DNA of 64,000 nt from a virus (IMGVR_UViG_3300030060_006228:3076-67075); one strand, 5' to 3'. Positions 1 through 8,285 are shown, numbered from the stretch's first letter. Translations and numbers: made by a program. Notes: generated by a model not told the origin, from the sequence alone.

Positions 1-21
1 AGTGGGGACATCAGAAGAGTA

Positions 22-627
22 ATGTGGATTAATCACGAAAAAGAATTTGTTTTTATCGCTGTCCCGAAGTGCGGTTCAACCTCTATTGCACACTCACTTG
101 GGTTTACTTATTTCGACAATAAACCAAAAATCTATCATGCGTCTATTAATGATGTGAGAGAATTTGATAATAAGACGACTCATTATTTTAGTTTTGGTTT
201 TGTTAGAAATCCTTTTGATCGTTTGGTTTCTGTTTTTATGAATGGACACCAAGATAGAGGACATTTACTGGAATGGGGAGGTGGCTTAGAATCCTATGAC
301 GGAAACTTTGAGAGGTTCGTAAAAGATTTTCCAGATTCAAAATGGGTGAGTTCTACACACTTTTTACCCTGTTCATATTTCGTCACAACAGACGAAAATG
401 TTTCCGTGGATTTTGTGGGGAAATACGAAAACCTAAAATCCGATTTTGAAATGATTAGTGAAAGATTCAATATCAATTCAGAATTGGGTATTCATCATAA
501 ATCACAGAGAGACCGTGATTATAGAAAATACTATGATAATGAAATGATAGAGATTGTCTCTACATATTATGCAGACGATCTTGAAAACTTTGGTTATTCA
601 TATGATGGGGATTATACCAATGAATAA
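22..627 (+). CDS. Sulfotransferase family 2 protein
   Basis: 5'-PSB-like FIAVPKCGSTSI and 3'-PB-like FVRNPFDRLVS motifs, plus the DFVGKYENL and YADDLENFGY tail. Confidence 0.85.
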   Translation: MWINHEKEFVFIAVPKCGSTSIAHSLGFTYFDNKPKIYHASINDVREFDNKTTHYFSFGFVRNPFDRLVSVFMNGHQDRGHLLEWGGGLESYDGNFERFVKDFPDSKWVSSTHFLPCSYFVTTDENVSVDFVGKYENLKSDFEMISERFNINSELGIHHKSQRDRDYRKYYDNEMIEIVSTYYADDLENFGYSYDGDYTNE

Positions 628-1300
628 AAAATGTCTAATATTATCTCATGTTTGGATCTTGGATAGTCAAAGTTACAAGAAAGATGTTTTAGACTTTACA
701 GTTAATTACTTTAGAAAACATAATCCAGATTTGTACATAATTCTAACGGGACATGGAGAACCTCCACATAATGAAACCCTTTCTATGTGTGACTATATCC
801 ACTGGACTGATTTTGATGAAACTGAAATCGGAAAGGGACATCCTAAACTTGTTCGTCACGCACTAGAACACGCAAAAGAAAAGGGATTCGATAAAGTTCT
901 CAAACAAAGAGGGGATTGTATAAACGCAGAACCAAATATACATGACGCTTTTGATAGTTTGATGGGAGACAAGAAAATGTTGCTTACAAGTGAACATGGA
1001 GTTCTTGGTGATCTGTGTATGTACGGAGATTTGGATCTTTTTCTGGAAGGTTGGAACTTAGAAAAGTGGGATACCTCCCTAGACGGAATGGACAACTTTA
1101 ATAATACTTTTTCAAATCACGATAAGATTAAATGGACGAGTATTAATGAAATGAAGTGGGTTTACCTAGATCCATATTGGGAAGAAATAAACACTAGAGA
1201 AACTTTATCTAACTTTTTAGATAATAATTTCAATTACGAAAATTACATGTGGTGGAGTAGAGTTTCTCATCGCGCCCAGTCTTGGCCTTTCCATGAATAG
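620..1300 (+). CDS. Putative glycosyltransferase-like protein
   Basis: ATG at 620 overlaps the previous stop; GT-A-like pattern (IILTGH...KGFDKVLKQRGDC); family uncertain. Confidence 0.45.
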   Translation: MNKKCLILSHVWILDSQSYKKDVLDFTVNYFRKHNPDLYIILTGHGEPPHNETLSMCDYIHWTDFDETEIGKGHPKLVRHALEHAKEKGFDKVLKQRGDCINAEPNIHDAFDSLMGDKKMLLTSEHGVLGDLCMYGDLDLFLEGWNLEKWDTSLDGMDNFNNTFSNHDKIKWTSINEMKWVYLDPYWEEINTRETLSNFLDNNFNYENYMWWSRVSHRAQSWPFHE

Positions 1301-1757
1301 TTTATTTCCCGAGGTACAAGAGATCACGAAAGTATGCAAGATTTGTGGTGAAGAAAAACACATCACAGAGTTTCATAAAAACAATACTTCGTGGAATGGA
1401 AAGACCGAAGTAAATGGTGAGCGGTATCGGGATCAATGCAAAGAGTGTAGAAAGTCGGGTGCTACGAAAGATTCTGCATCTGCACAAGAAGTTATGAATT
1501 ATCATAATCTCACTCGTCCGCCACTTGGGACTCCTTGTGAAAATCCATCTTGCGGGAGAACTGATGTGAAATTGTTTTGCGATCACGATCACACGAAAGA
1601 CGTATCGAATCCAGAAGTTTTCAGAGGCTGGTTATGTCATCGATGTAACACTGCTCTAGGAAAATTTGGTGATAATGAAAAAGGTGTTCTAGGAATACTT
1701 GAATACCTACGAAGACCTGCTAGAATAAACAATCAAACCCTTTACGAACAGGAGTAA
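1293..1757 (+). CDS. Endonuclease VII-family (His-Me finger) nuclease
   Basis: N-terminal CxxC pairs and CDHDH...RGWLCHRCNTALG. Confidence 0.85.
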   Translation: MNSLFPEVQEITKVCKICGEEKHITEFHKNNTSWNGKTEVNGERYRDQCKECRKSGATKDSASAQEVMNYHNLTRPPLGTPCENPSCGRTDVKLFCDHDHTKDVSNPEVFRGWLCHRCNTALGKFGDNEKGVLGILEYLRRPARINNQTLYEQE

Positions 1758-1760
1758 AAA

Positions 1761-1895
1761 ATGGCAAAGAGTTCACAGTATTCGAAGCACGTTAATAACA
1801 TGATGAAGATTGGGAGTCCCCGAAAGTCAAAGCCCAAGAAGGGAAATGCTCCCGCACGAACTTCACGAAGTGGCAGTGGTAGAAAGATTCGATAA
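1761..1895 (+). CDS. Small basic protein, 44 aa (MAKSSQYSKH...GSGRKIR), not in the ORF track
   Basis: GGAG RBS before the ATG at 1761; fills the gap to the next RBS. Confidence 0.65.
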   Translation: MAKSSQYSKHVNNMMKIGSPRKSKPKKGNAPARTSRSGSGRKIR

Positions 1896-1905
1896 GGAGA
1901 AAAAT

Positions 1906-2184
1906 ATGCCTATTCCAGCAAGCAGAGAAGATCTACTAAACGATCTACAGGGAAATCAATGCAGAGTTGTCTTTAAGAAAAAGGACGATACTTTGCGAAC
2001 TATGATTTGTACTCTACGCGAAGATATGCTACCATCTAGGGAAGCAGAAAGTCTTACAAAGAAGCCTAAGAATGAAAGCGTTGTTCCGGTGTGGGACATT
2101 CGTAAGAAGGCTTGGAGAAGTTTTAGACTCGATAGTATCTTGGATTTTAATGTTCTTTCAGAAGAGGAGACTTCAAGTGATTGA
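1906..2184 (+). CDS. WYL_2/Sm-like SH3 beta-barrel phage protein
   Basis: VVFKKKDDTLRTMICTL...VWDIRKKAWRSFRLDSI; AAGGAG RBS before ATG 1906. Confidence 0.8.
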   Translation: MPIPASREDLLNDLQGNQCRVVFKKKDDTLRTMICTLREDMLPSREAESLTKKPKNESVVPVWDIRKKAWRSFRLDSILDFNVLSEEETSSD

Positions 2185-2473
2185 TCTACAGACGTTGGAC
2201 GAATTTCGGGGACATCCGGGTGATGCACTTTCTTATGCAAAGATCGAGGCTCATATTTCAAAGCCTGATGATATGTGGGTGGCTTCTTTGATGGGACTCG
2301 ATACAGAAGAAGAGATTGATGGTTTTTCGAAAGAAGAAATAAATGAAATTATTCTTTACCTTCAACATATTAGTAATCGTCTAGATACTATAGAAAAGGA
2401 AGAAGAACCAACCCTTTTTGATGGAGGAGAAGACGATGCCCAAGAAGAAACCAACACAAGAGGAGTGGGTTAA
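2177..2473 (+). CDS. Acidic hypothetical protein
   Basis: GAGGAG RBS, GTG start, coupled to its neighbours. Confidence 0.55.
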   Translation: MIDLQTLDEFRGHPGDALSYAKIEAHISKPDDMWVASLMGLDTEEEIDGFSKEEINEIILYLQHISNRLDTIEKEEEPTLFDGGEDDAQEETNTRGVG

Positions 2474-2618
2474 TTCCCTAGTGGATACGGCAGAAGAAGC
2501 AGTTTTGGGGTATGAAAAATATTTACTAGATAAATTGTCATATCGAGAACTTGCAGTTATAATGAAACGGTTAAGAAATCTTTTACCGATGGATCAGGAG
2601 ACAAAAATCGATGAGTGA
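2436..2618 (+). CDS. Hypothetical protein
   Basis: GGAGGAG RBS before ATG 2436. Confidence 0.6.
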   Translation: MPKKKPTQEEWVNSLVDTAEEAVLGYEKYLLDKLSYRELAVIMKRLRNLLPMDQETKIDE

Positions 2619-2865
2619 ATATAGACTACATGTTGACATCCCACTAGGAACGGATGAAAAGACCGCAGCCTTCAAGGCTAATCTTCTTATTCAAGAGTTC
2701 TTGGGGACACATGAAATGAACATCAAGCACCTTGATGAAAAATATAATGTAAGACAATTTAATTATAGACTCGGACACGACGAAGATCGTCAGAAATCAA
2801 ACTATCTTGATGTGAACGAAAACGGTCACGCCAGTAATAAAAAGACTCGTATTCAACCGAGTTGA
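2611..2865 (+). CDS. Hypothetical protein
   Basis: AGGAG RBS, overlapping start/stop. Confidence 0.65.
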   Translation: MSEYRLHVDIPLGTDEKTAAFKANLLIQEFLGTHEMNIKHLDEKYNVRQFNYRLGHDEDRQKSNYLDVNENGHASNKKTRIQPS

Positions 2866-2871
2866 ATTCAT

Positions 2872-2944
2872 GGGCTTGACGCGGATGGCATTAGCAGCAC
2901 CGCTTATAACGGTGTCATCGTGGGTTCGAGTCCCACCAGGCCCA
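2872..2944 (+). tRNA. tRNA-Ile(UAU)
   Basis: Acceptor GGGCTTG/CAGGCCC, anticodon arm CACCG-CTTATAA-CGGTG, T arm GTGGG-TTCGAGT-CCCAC; atypical position 8 and D arm. Confidence 0.8.
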
Positions 2945-2966
2945 CTTAATCTTATGGAGAATCATT

Positions 2967-3920
2967 ATGTCAAAATGTCCCTTTTCAGTTTTTCATAGTA
3001 AAAAAAATCGATTAGAGGAAGAGAAACCCTCAATCATAGAAGACTATACCGACAATCCATATTTGCGGGTTCGTAGGGTACATCCCACACAAGGTTCTCG
3101 TATTGTAAAGGCAAACTCTAAACTCAAAGGCCCAGATGGACAATGTGAAACTCTAGAGTGGCCTAGAAAAGATGCACTGAGTAGATGCGGACCTTATGTA
3201 CATGCGAACCAAATGGGTTGGTGGTTGTTCCCCGCTGTGGATATTGATATGACATACCACGGCGATGGTGCATGGGATGTTCATGAATACACAAAGTTCG
3301 ACGCGGATGCGGAACAGAAACTATATGATGATCTTCCAAAGTATGAATACAAAACGGAAGATGGTAAGACTGAAGTTTTCAGATCCCAACCAAGAGCCCA
3401 TGTTAATGCTGGTTTAGCAGATAAAAATATTATTCAGATCTGGACTGGTTGTATGTTTAGAACTCCTCCGGGATGGTGTCTTCTTATTAGAAGTCCTGTC
3501 AATGCATGTGAAAGTTATAATAGACCATATCACATTCAAGAGGGAGTTATTGAATCTGACTGGATGGACTATGACATCTGGATGAATGTGGTGGTAAACA
3601 GAACTCATGAAAAAATTTCTCTTCGGCAGGATATGTGGCCACCCCTTGCACAAATTATTCCCGTCAGGAGAGAAGCATACGAAGCAAATTGGGATGTCGA
3701 TGATCGAGTAATCACGGCAGATGATCCTGAGTGGGCTTCGTGGCAAGATTATAATTTTAAGAAGTGGGAACGTCAAAATGAAAAGGACAGTAAGACCTAT
3801 TTCAAAGAGCGTTCAGTACAAAAGCCTAACAAAGATGTCTCTAAGGTTCTGAAGATTCGAGATAAGTATCGAGAACAGCGAGACAATCACCAAACAAAGA
3901 AGAATAAGAATGATAGTTGA
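2967..3920 (+). CDS. DUF6065-like protein (paralog 1)
   Basis: CGPYVHANQMGWW, FRTPPGWCLLIRSPVN, EGVIESDW, PLAQIIPV. Confidence 0.7.
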   Translation: MSKCPFSVFHSKKNRLEEEKPSIIEDYTDNPYLRVRRVHPTQGSRIVKANSKLKGPDGQCETLEWPRKDALSRCGPYVHANQMGWWLFPAVDIDMTYHGDGAWDVHEYTKFDADAEQKLYDDLPKYEYKTEDGKTEVFRSQPRAHVNAGLADKNIIQIWTGCMFRTPPGWCLLIRSPVNACESYNRPYHIQEGVIESDWMDYDIWMNVVVNRTHEKISLRQDMWPPLAQIIPVRREAYEANWDVDDRVITADDPEWASWQDYNFKKWERQNEKDSKTYFKERSVQKPNKDVSKVLKIRDKYREQRDNHQTKKNKNDS

Positions 3921-5052
3921 AGACGGAATTAAACTAGATTATTCAGATGTCCTGATTCGTCCAAAGAGAAGTTCCCTAGTCAGTAGAAAAGATGTTTCTC
4001 TGACTAGAGACTTTTCCTTTCGGTGGGCAACTTTCATTGATACATGCATTCCACTTTGGTCTGCAAATATGGACACAACCGGAACTCTTGAAACAGCAAA
4101 GGCTTTTCAACACAGTATGTTCGGTGATGACTGGAAAGAAAGTGGAGTTGCAAATGTAGCAGTACATAAGCACTATACTTTAGATGAATGGAAAACGATT
4201 TGTTATGGTGGGGACACGAAAGAAGAAGCACAGTCCCTTCCAGAATATCCACTTCGTGCAGGTAATATGGCATTCAGTTGCGGAATGACAGATAGAGATT
4301 TTTCTCTTCTAGAGGAAATCGTAAAACTAAATGAAACTACAGATCTTGGTTTGAGATATGTTTGCATCGATGTTGCAAATGGATATACTCAATCATTTAT
4401 AGAATATATTAAAAAGGTTCGCAAATGTGTAGGTACGAACATGGCGATCATCGCGGGGAATGTAGTAACCAGAGAGATGGCTGAAGCACTTCTTCTGGCA
4501 GGTGCGGATATTATCAAGGTTGGAATCGGTCCGGGATCCGCCTGCACCACACGAAAAGTGGCAGGAGTAGGATATCCACAATTATCGGCAGTAGCAGAAT
4601 GCGCCGATGCAGCACATGGACTGGACGGTCATATCATGGCGGATGGTGGATGCAACTCTCCGGGTGACGTAGCAAAGGCGTTTGCAGCAGGTGCCGATTT
4701 CGTGATGATCGGTGGTATGTTCGCAGGACACGACGAGTCAGGTGGAGATGCGATCTACGATATCGATACCGGAGAATGCACCCACAAGACGTTCTATGGG
4801 ATGTCTAGCAAGACTGCTATGGAGAAGCACAGCGGTGGTGTAGCAACGTACAGAGCGTCTGAGGGACGCTCTGTGACGCTCCCGTACCGTGGGAGTATCA
4901 ACGGAACCCTGAATCATATATTGGGTGGTGTTCGTTCTGCGTGTACCTATGTCGGTGCAAATCGGCTGAAAGATCTGCCTAAGTGCGCCTCTTTTATTAG
5001 GGTAAACAATCAGTATAATACGGTGTTTGAGAATGTTACCCATAGTGAATAA
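3910..5052 (+). CDS. guaC: GMP reductase
   Basis: LDYSDVLIRPKRS, ANMDTTGT, DVANGY, KVGIGPGSACTTR, FYGMSS, YRASEG. Confidence 0.95.
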   Translation: MIVEDGIKLDYSDVLIRPKRSSLVSRKDVSLTRDFSFRWATFIDTCIPLWSANMDTTGTLETAKAFQHSMFGDDWKESGVANVAVHKHYTLDEWKTICYGGDTKEEAQSLPEYPLRAGNMAFSCGMTDRDFSLLEEIVKLNETTDLGLRYVCIDVANGYTQSFIEYIKKVRKCVGTNMAIIAGNVVTREMAEALLLAGADIIKVGIGPGSACTTRKVAGVGYPQLSAVAECADAAHGLDGHIMADGGCNSPGDVAKAFAAGADFVMIGGMFAGHDESGGDAIYDIDTGECTHKTFYGMSSKTAMEKHSGGVATYRASEGRSVTLPYRGSINGTLNHILGGVRSACTYVGANRLKDLPKCASFIRVNNQYNTVFENVTHSE

Positions 5053-5056
5053 CGAA

Positions 5057-5233
5057 ATGATTTTTGCAGTATCTGCCTGTTTTTTCTTTATCGCCAGTTT
5101 ATCGATTTGGAATAGTGTAATGCAGGCAAAAGCCATTTATGAATTTAGAGAACTGGTAGAGGATACCAAAAAGAGAATGGCTAAAATGCAAGAGATCCTA
5201 TATGAAGAATTAGAAAAGAGAGACGATGAATAA
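5057..5233 (+). CDS. Small membrane-anchored protein
   Basis: Hydrophobic N-terminus followed by a coiled segment. Confidence 0.55.
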   Translation: MIFAVSACFFFIASLSIWNSVMQAKAIYEFRELVEDTKKRMAKMQEILYEELEKRDDE

Positions 5234-5963
5234 AATTCATTTAATATCTTACTCGGAAGATAGGATGTTTAGTTTCGCAGAATCACGAAAGAGAGTACAG
5301 AAAGAGGCTGAAGATTTCGGTGAGTTTGATAGTATAACTTTGTGCAATGAAAATGATTTGGATGATTCAGTAAAGGAAATTGTAAAACCCACTCTCGAAC
5401 AACCGAGAGGTGCTGGATACTGGATCTGGAAACCATTCATAATACAGAAGAAACTCAAAGAACTGGATGAGGGTGATTTCCTAATTTATATGGATATGGG
5501 AATAACTCTCAATAAACACGCAAAGAAAAACTTTTACGATTTACTTGGTCGGGCACAGAGTTCGAATCACGGGACTATTTGTTTTGAGATAGGACACACG
5601 GAAAAACATTGGTGTGTTAAAGAAATATTTGAACACCTAGAGTGTTCGGATAACGAAACAATAAAAAATACAGATCAGTACTACGCCGGACTTCTCATTT
5701 TCTGTAAGAATAAAAACTTGATTAATTTGATAGACGAGTGGTGTGATATTGCATATAATAATCCCATGTTATTCAGTGACGAGTTAGCAGACGATCAGGA
5801 TTTTGAATTCAAAGAAAACAGACACGATCAAGCAGTGTTTAGTGTTCTGAGGAAAACCAAAAATGTTCAACCCATCATTTATGATCCAATCGCTTATGAT
5901 CAGTGGGAACTTCGAAAATCATATTACGAAGCAGCATTTTGGAATTTACATCTAAGGAGTTAA
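5226..5963 (+). CDS. Putative glycosyltransferase (GT-A-like)
   Basis: RGAGYWIWKP, LIYMDMG, ENRHDQAVFS motifs. Confidence 0.65.
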   Translation: MNKIHLISYSEDRMFSFAESRKRVQKEAEDFGEFDSITLCNENDLDDSVKEIVKPTLEQPRGAGYWIWKPFIIQKKLKELDEGDFLIYMDMGITLNKHAKKNFYDLLGRAQSSNHGTICFEIGHTEKHWCVKEIFEHLECSDNETIKNTDQYYAGLLIFCKNKNLINLIDEWCDIAYNNPMLFSDELADDQDFEFKENRHDQAVFSVLRKTKNVQPIIYDPIAYDQWELRKSYYEAAFWNLHLRS

Positions 5964-5964
5964 T

Positions 5965-6342
5965 ATGAATAGGAAACCTACAATCTATGTTGCAGGACCG
6001 ATGCGTGGATATGAAAATTATAATTATCCCGCATTTGATGAAAGAGCAAAAATTCTAGAGAGATATGGATGGGCTGTAGTGAACCCAGCACAATTAGACC
6101 GACAAGAAGGAAAGCCTATGTCGGATCCGATGGCGTTTTCTCCGGATACTAATTATGAGGATCATGAATTTATGCGTTCGGCACTTAAGAGAGATATGGA
6201 CGCACTGTGTGATGAGTGTACTGCCATTTATATGATGCGTGAATGGGAAAAGAGCCGTGGTGCAAAGGCAGAGTGGCACTTAGCAAAGGCACTTGGACTT
6301 GATATTTACTATGAAGTGCCTCTTCCGATTTATCCCGAATAA
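5965..6342 (+). CDS. DUF4406 / nucleoside 2-deoxyribosyltransferase-like protein
   Basis: IYVAGPMRG..YNYPAF...WEKSRGAKAE...AKALGL. Confidence 0.85.
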   Translation: MNRKPTIYVAGPMRGYENYNYPAFDERAKILERYGWAVVNPAQLDRQEGKPMSDPMAFSPDTNYEDHEFMRSALKRDMDALCDECTAIYMMREWEKSRGAKAEWHLAKALGLDIYYEVPLPIYPE

Positions 6343-6356
6343 TTTTGTTTTAGTTG

Positions 6357-6384
6357 TTGCAGTGGCGGTTACGGTTGGTATAAT
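6357..6384 (+). promoter_or_regulatory. Sigma70-like promoter
   Basis: TTGCAG-N16-TATAAT. Confidence 0.6.
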
Positions 6385-6429
6385 TAAAGCATGTCAACGG
6401 GACAGCACAACAAACAACACAAGGAGACA

Positions 6430-6635
6430 CTCAGATGCGAGAGTACTGAGAATATTAAGCATGGATTATATTAAAGGTTATGTTATTATATTGAAGTCTC
6501 CTACCGCAGACACGGCCCCGCAAGGGTAGACTTAAACTAGGGAGAGTTTGACATCGTTTTCCCTCCGAAACAAACGATGTTAACATGGGTTGGGGGAAAC
6601 CCCAACGCCATGAATTCAGGAGATCGTTTCTCCGA
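6430..6635 (+). ncRNA. Candidate structured RNA upstream of tRNA-Lys
   Basis: Consecutive hairpins, three capped by GNRA tetraloops (GAGA, GCAA, GAAA); no convincing CDS. Confidence 0.5.
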
Positions 6636-6646
6636 CAATCAGGAAT

Positions 6647-6719
6647 GCCTCCGTAACTCAGTTGGTAGAGTAGCGGACTTTTAATCCGCGAGTCGCTGGT
6701 TCGAGCCCAGCCGGGGGCA
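6647..6719 (+). tRNA. tRNA-Lys(UUU)
   Basis: Canonical cloverleaf; GCGGA-CTTTTAA-TCCGC. Confidence 0.95.
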
Positions 6720-6753
6720 CTTCTCACACGGTTCTTTATTGGAGATTTTTATT

Positions 6754-6924
6754 ATGAAACACAAACTAGCAAATCTTTGCTACGGACTCGGGTTCGCGTC
6801 CATCGCTCTTTCCGCTTATGCGTACTCCTCTGCTGGAGTCGATCAAGCAACGTATGTGGGACTTTGGGTTCCTTCATTCTTCCTCGTAGGATTCTTCTTT
6901 GATAAGTTGCACGCCAATGATTGA
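6754..6924 (+). CDS. Small two-TM membrane protein
   Basis: GGAG RBS; two hydrophobic helices, YVGLWVPS. Confidence 0.7.
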   Translation: MKHKLANLCYGLGFASIALSAYAYSSAGVDQATYVGLWVPSFFLVGFFFDKLHAND

Positions 6925-7279
6925 TAAACAACTACAAAGAAACTCTCTCGGAGTCATTGGACTCGGTGCTTTCTGTGGTTCCATCATGCAAGCAGCCGCA
7001 GGTGAATTTGAGAATGCAATTGTTCTTGGTATGATTGCGCCTAGTATGTTTGCCATTCGTTCAGATATTCCTTCTCTTGAAATGAGTCGTGACATTGATG
7101 ATCGAGAAAACTCCATCTATCAAAGTATGGAATACAACGAGCGTGAGTGCGACACTCGCATTACCGATATGGATCGTGAAATTCACAGCCGTATCGATGA
7201 CGTTGAACGCCAGATGGAAAACGAAGTTCGAGAAATTTATTCAGAAATGTCCAACAACAATGTTGACATCACTGATTGA
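6917..7279 (+). CDS. Membrane protein with coiled-coil C-terminus
   Basis: Hydrophobic N-terminus and heptad-like acidic tail. Confidence 0.6.
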   Translation: MIDKQLQRNSLGVIGLGAFCGSIMQAAAGEFENAIVLGMIAPSMFAIRSDIPSLEMSRDIDDRENSIYQSMEYNERECDTRITDMDREIHSRIDDVERQMENEVREIYSEMSNNNVDITD

Positions 7280-7290
7280 TAGAGTATAAT
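7263..7290 (+). promoter_or_regulatory. Consensus sigma70 promoter
   Basis: TTGACA-N16-TATAAT. Confidence 0.8.
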
Positions 7291-7379
7291 TAATGCATAG
7301 TCGAGACGGGACAGTTAACGGTGATGTCCAGAGTTCTCAAGTCTAATTTGTTCACCGTAAGTTTACAGGAGTTTGCATA

Positions 7380-7652
7380 ATGAACTGCAAGACCATGTCC
7401 AAGAAGCGTAAGGTAATCAACTACCTTTACAACGGTAACGGCCTCACCGCTAACGAAGCCAAGAGTCGGTTTGGTGTTTCAAACCTTCGCGCCACTATCT
7501 CTGACATCCGTGATATGGTGGAAGCCCACGGTAACTGGGAGATCACCAGCGAGACTACCAAGACTGGTAAGACTCGCTACTACATGGAGGACACCCATCC
7601 GGGTACTCGTTCCTTCGGTTTCGACAGCGAAGGCCGTCGTTTCGCTCTCTGA
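7380..7652 (+). CDS. Winged-HTH DNA-binding protein
   Basis: LTANEAKSRFGVSNLRATISDIR...GKTRYYM; AGGAG RBS; own promoter and terminator. Confidence 0.7.
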   Translation: MNCKTMSKKRKVINYLYNGNGLTANEAKSRFGVSNLRATISDIRDMVEAHGNWEITSETTKTGKTRYYMEDTHPGTRSFGFDSEGRRFAL

Positions 7653-7666
7653 GTGAAAACAACTCC

Positions 7667-7701
7667 GGGTACTTTGGGGGTTTCCCCCATCGTACTCTTT
7701 T
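7667..7701 (+). terminator. Rho-independent terminator
   Basis: GGGTAC-TGGGGG/CCCCA-GTACTC hairpin followed by TTTT. Confidence 0.6.
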
Positions 7702-7720
7702 ACAACTGAATAACATATAT

Positions 7721-7921
7721 GCGGAAGTCATGAGCCGCGTATAGGACGGTGACTGAATATTGTTCGTCATGTGATAAAAGGTACTGTCTTCCCTGTAGTG
7801 GGGTGCTGATGCTCAAATGAGTGAAGTAGCGAGTAACTAACGCAAGGTAGGTCTGAGTAGGGTACTAATCGCCTAGCGTGAACCCGAAAAGTGGTGGTAA
7901 ATGGTAATCCACCCCGTCCAC
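7721..7921 (+). ncRNA. Candidate ~200-nt multi-stem ncRNA of unknown family
   Basis: GGACGG (7744) / CCGTCC (7914) closing helix encloses several hairpins; GC-richer than flanks; no + strand CDS. Confidence 0.55.
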
Positions 7922-7933
7922 GAATTACTGTCT

Positions 7934-7969
7934 GAGGGGAGGCGAAGCGAAAGCATCTCGCCTCCCTTC
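7934..7969 (+). other. Strong hairpin (terminator or processing site)
   Basis: GAGGGGAGGCGA...TCGCCTCCCTTC with an inner GC-GAAA-GC. Confidence 0.6.
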
Positions 7970-7984
7970 GAGACATATATAAAA

Positions 7985-8285
7985 CTGGTATTGATGAAGA
8001 CGGAATAAAATCTAAACAAGACGGGAGTTCGATTCTCCCCGCCTCCACCAGAGTTACCCTTGCATGTAGTATAGAAGCAAGACGTAATAAAACCAAAGAG
8101 AAGATTTGTGAGGGTAACTCTGATGGGGGCGAACGGAATAGATTGGTAGAAAGTAGTGAAGTTGGAGATACCCGAGAAGGCAACCTACTCGCAAATCGCG
8201 GTTGTAAAAATTAACTGGCGCAAACAATTTTGCCCTTGCTGCCTGAGCAGCGGAGATTCACCCACTTGTCAACAGAACGGGTGAT
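7985..8285 (+). ncRNA. ssrA: Circularly permuted two-piece tmRNA
   Basis: Acceptor piece ends GGGAG-TTCGATT-CTCCC-CGCCTCC-A-CCA at 8050; coding piece starts GGGGGCG at 8125 (G3:U70); pk1 at ~8172-8206; tag GANNFALAA* at 8217-8246; outer ends approximate. Confidence 0.9.

Noticed and set aside
1810-1905. Upstream-extended starts in the ORF track (also 554, 2072, 16761, 17048)
   Set aside because: Downstream ATG/GTG starts with an RBS or stop overlap fit better, and the extensions overlap other genes or leaders
6455-6727. 90-aa minus-strand ORF
   Set aside because: Antisense shadow of tRNA-Lys
7721-7921. RNase P or SRP RNA
   Set aside because: Lacks the RNase P GAGGAAAGTCC motif and the SRP GGAA-loop/AGCAG motif
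7767-8183. 138-aa minus-strand ORF
   Set aside because: Antisense to the tmRNA and the candidate ncRNA; its translation simply reflects the T arm
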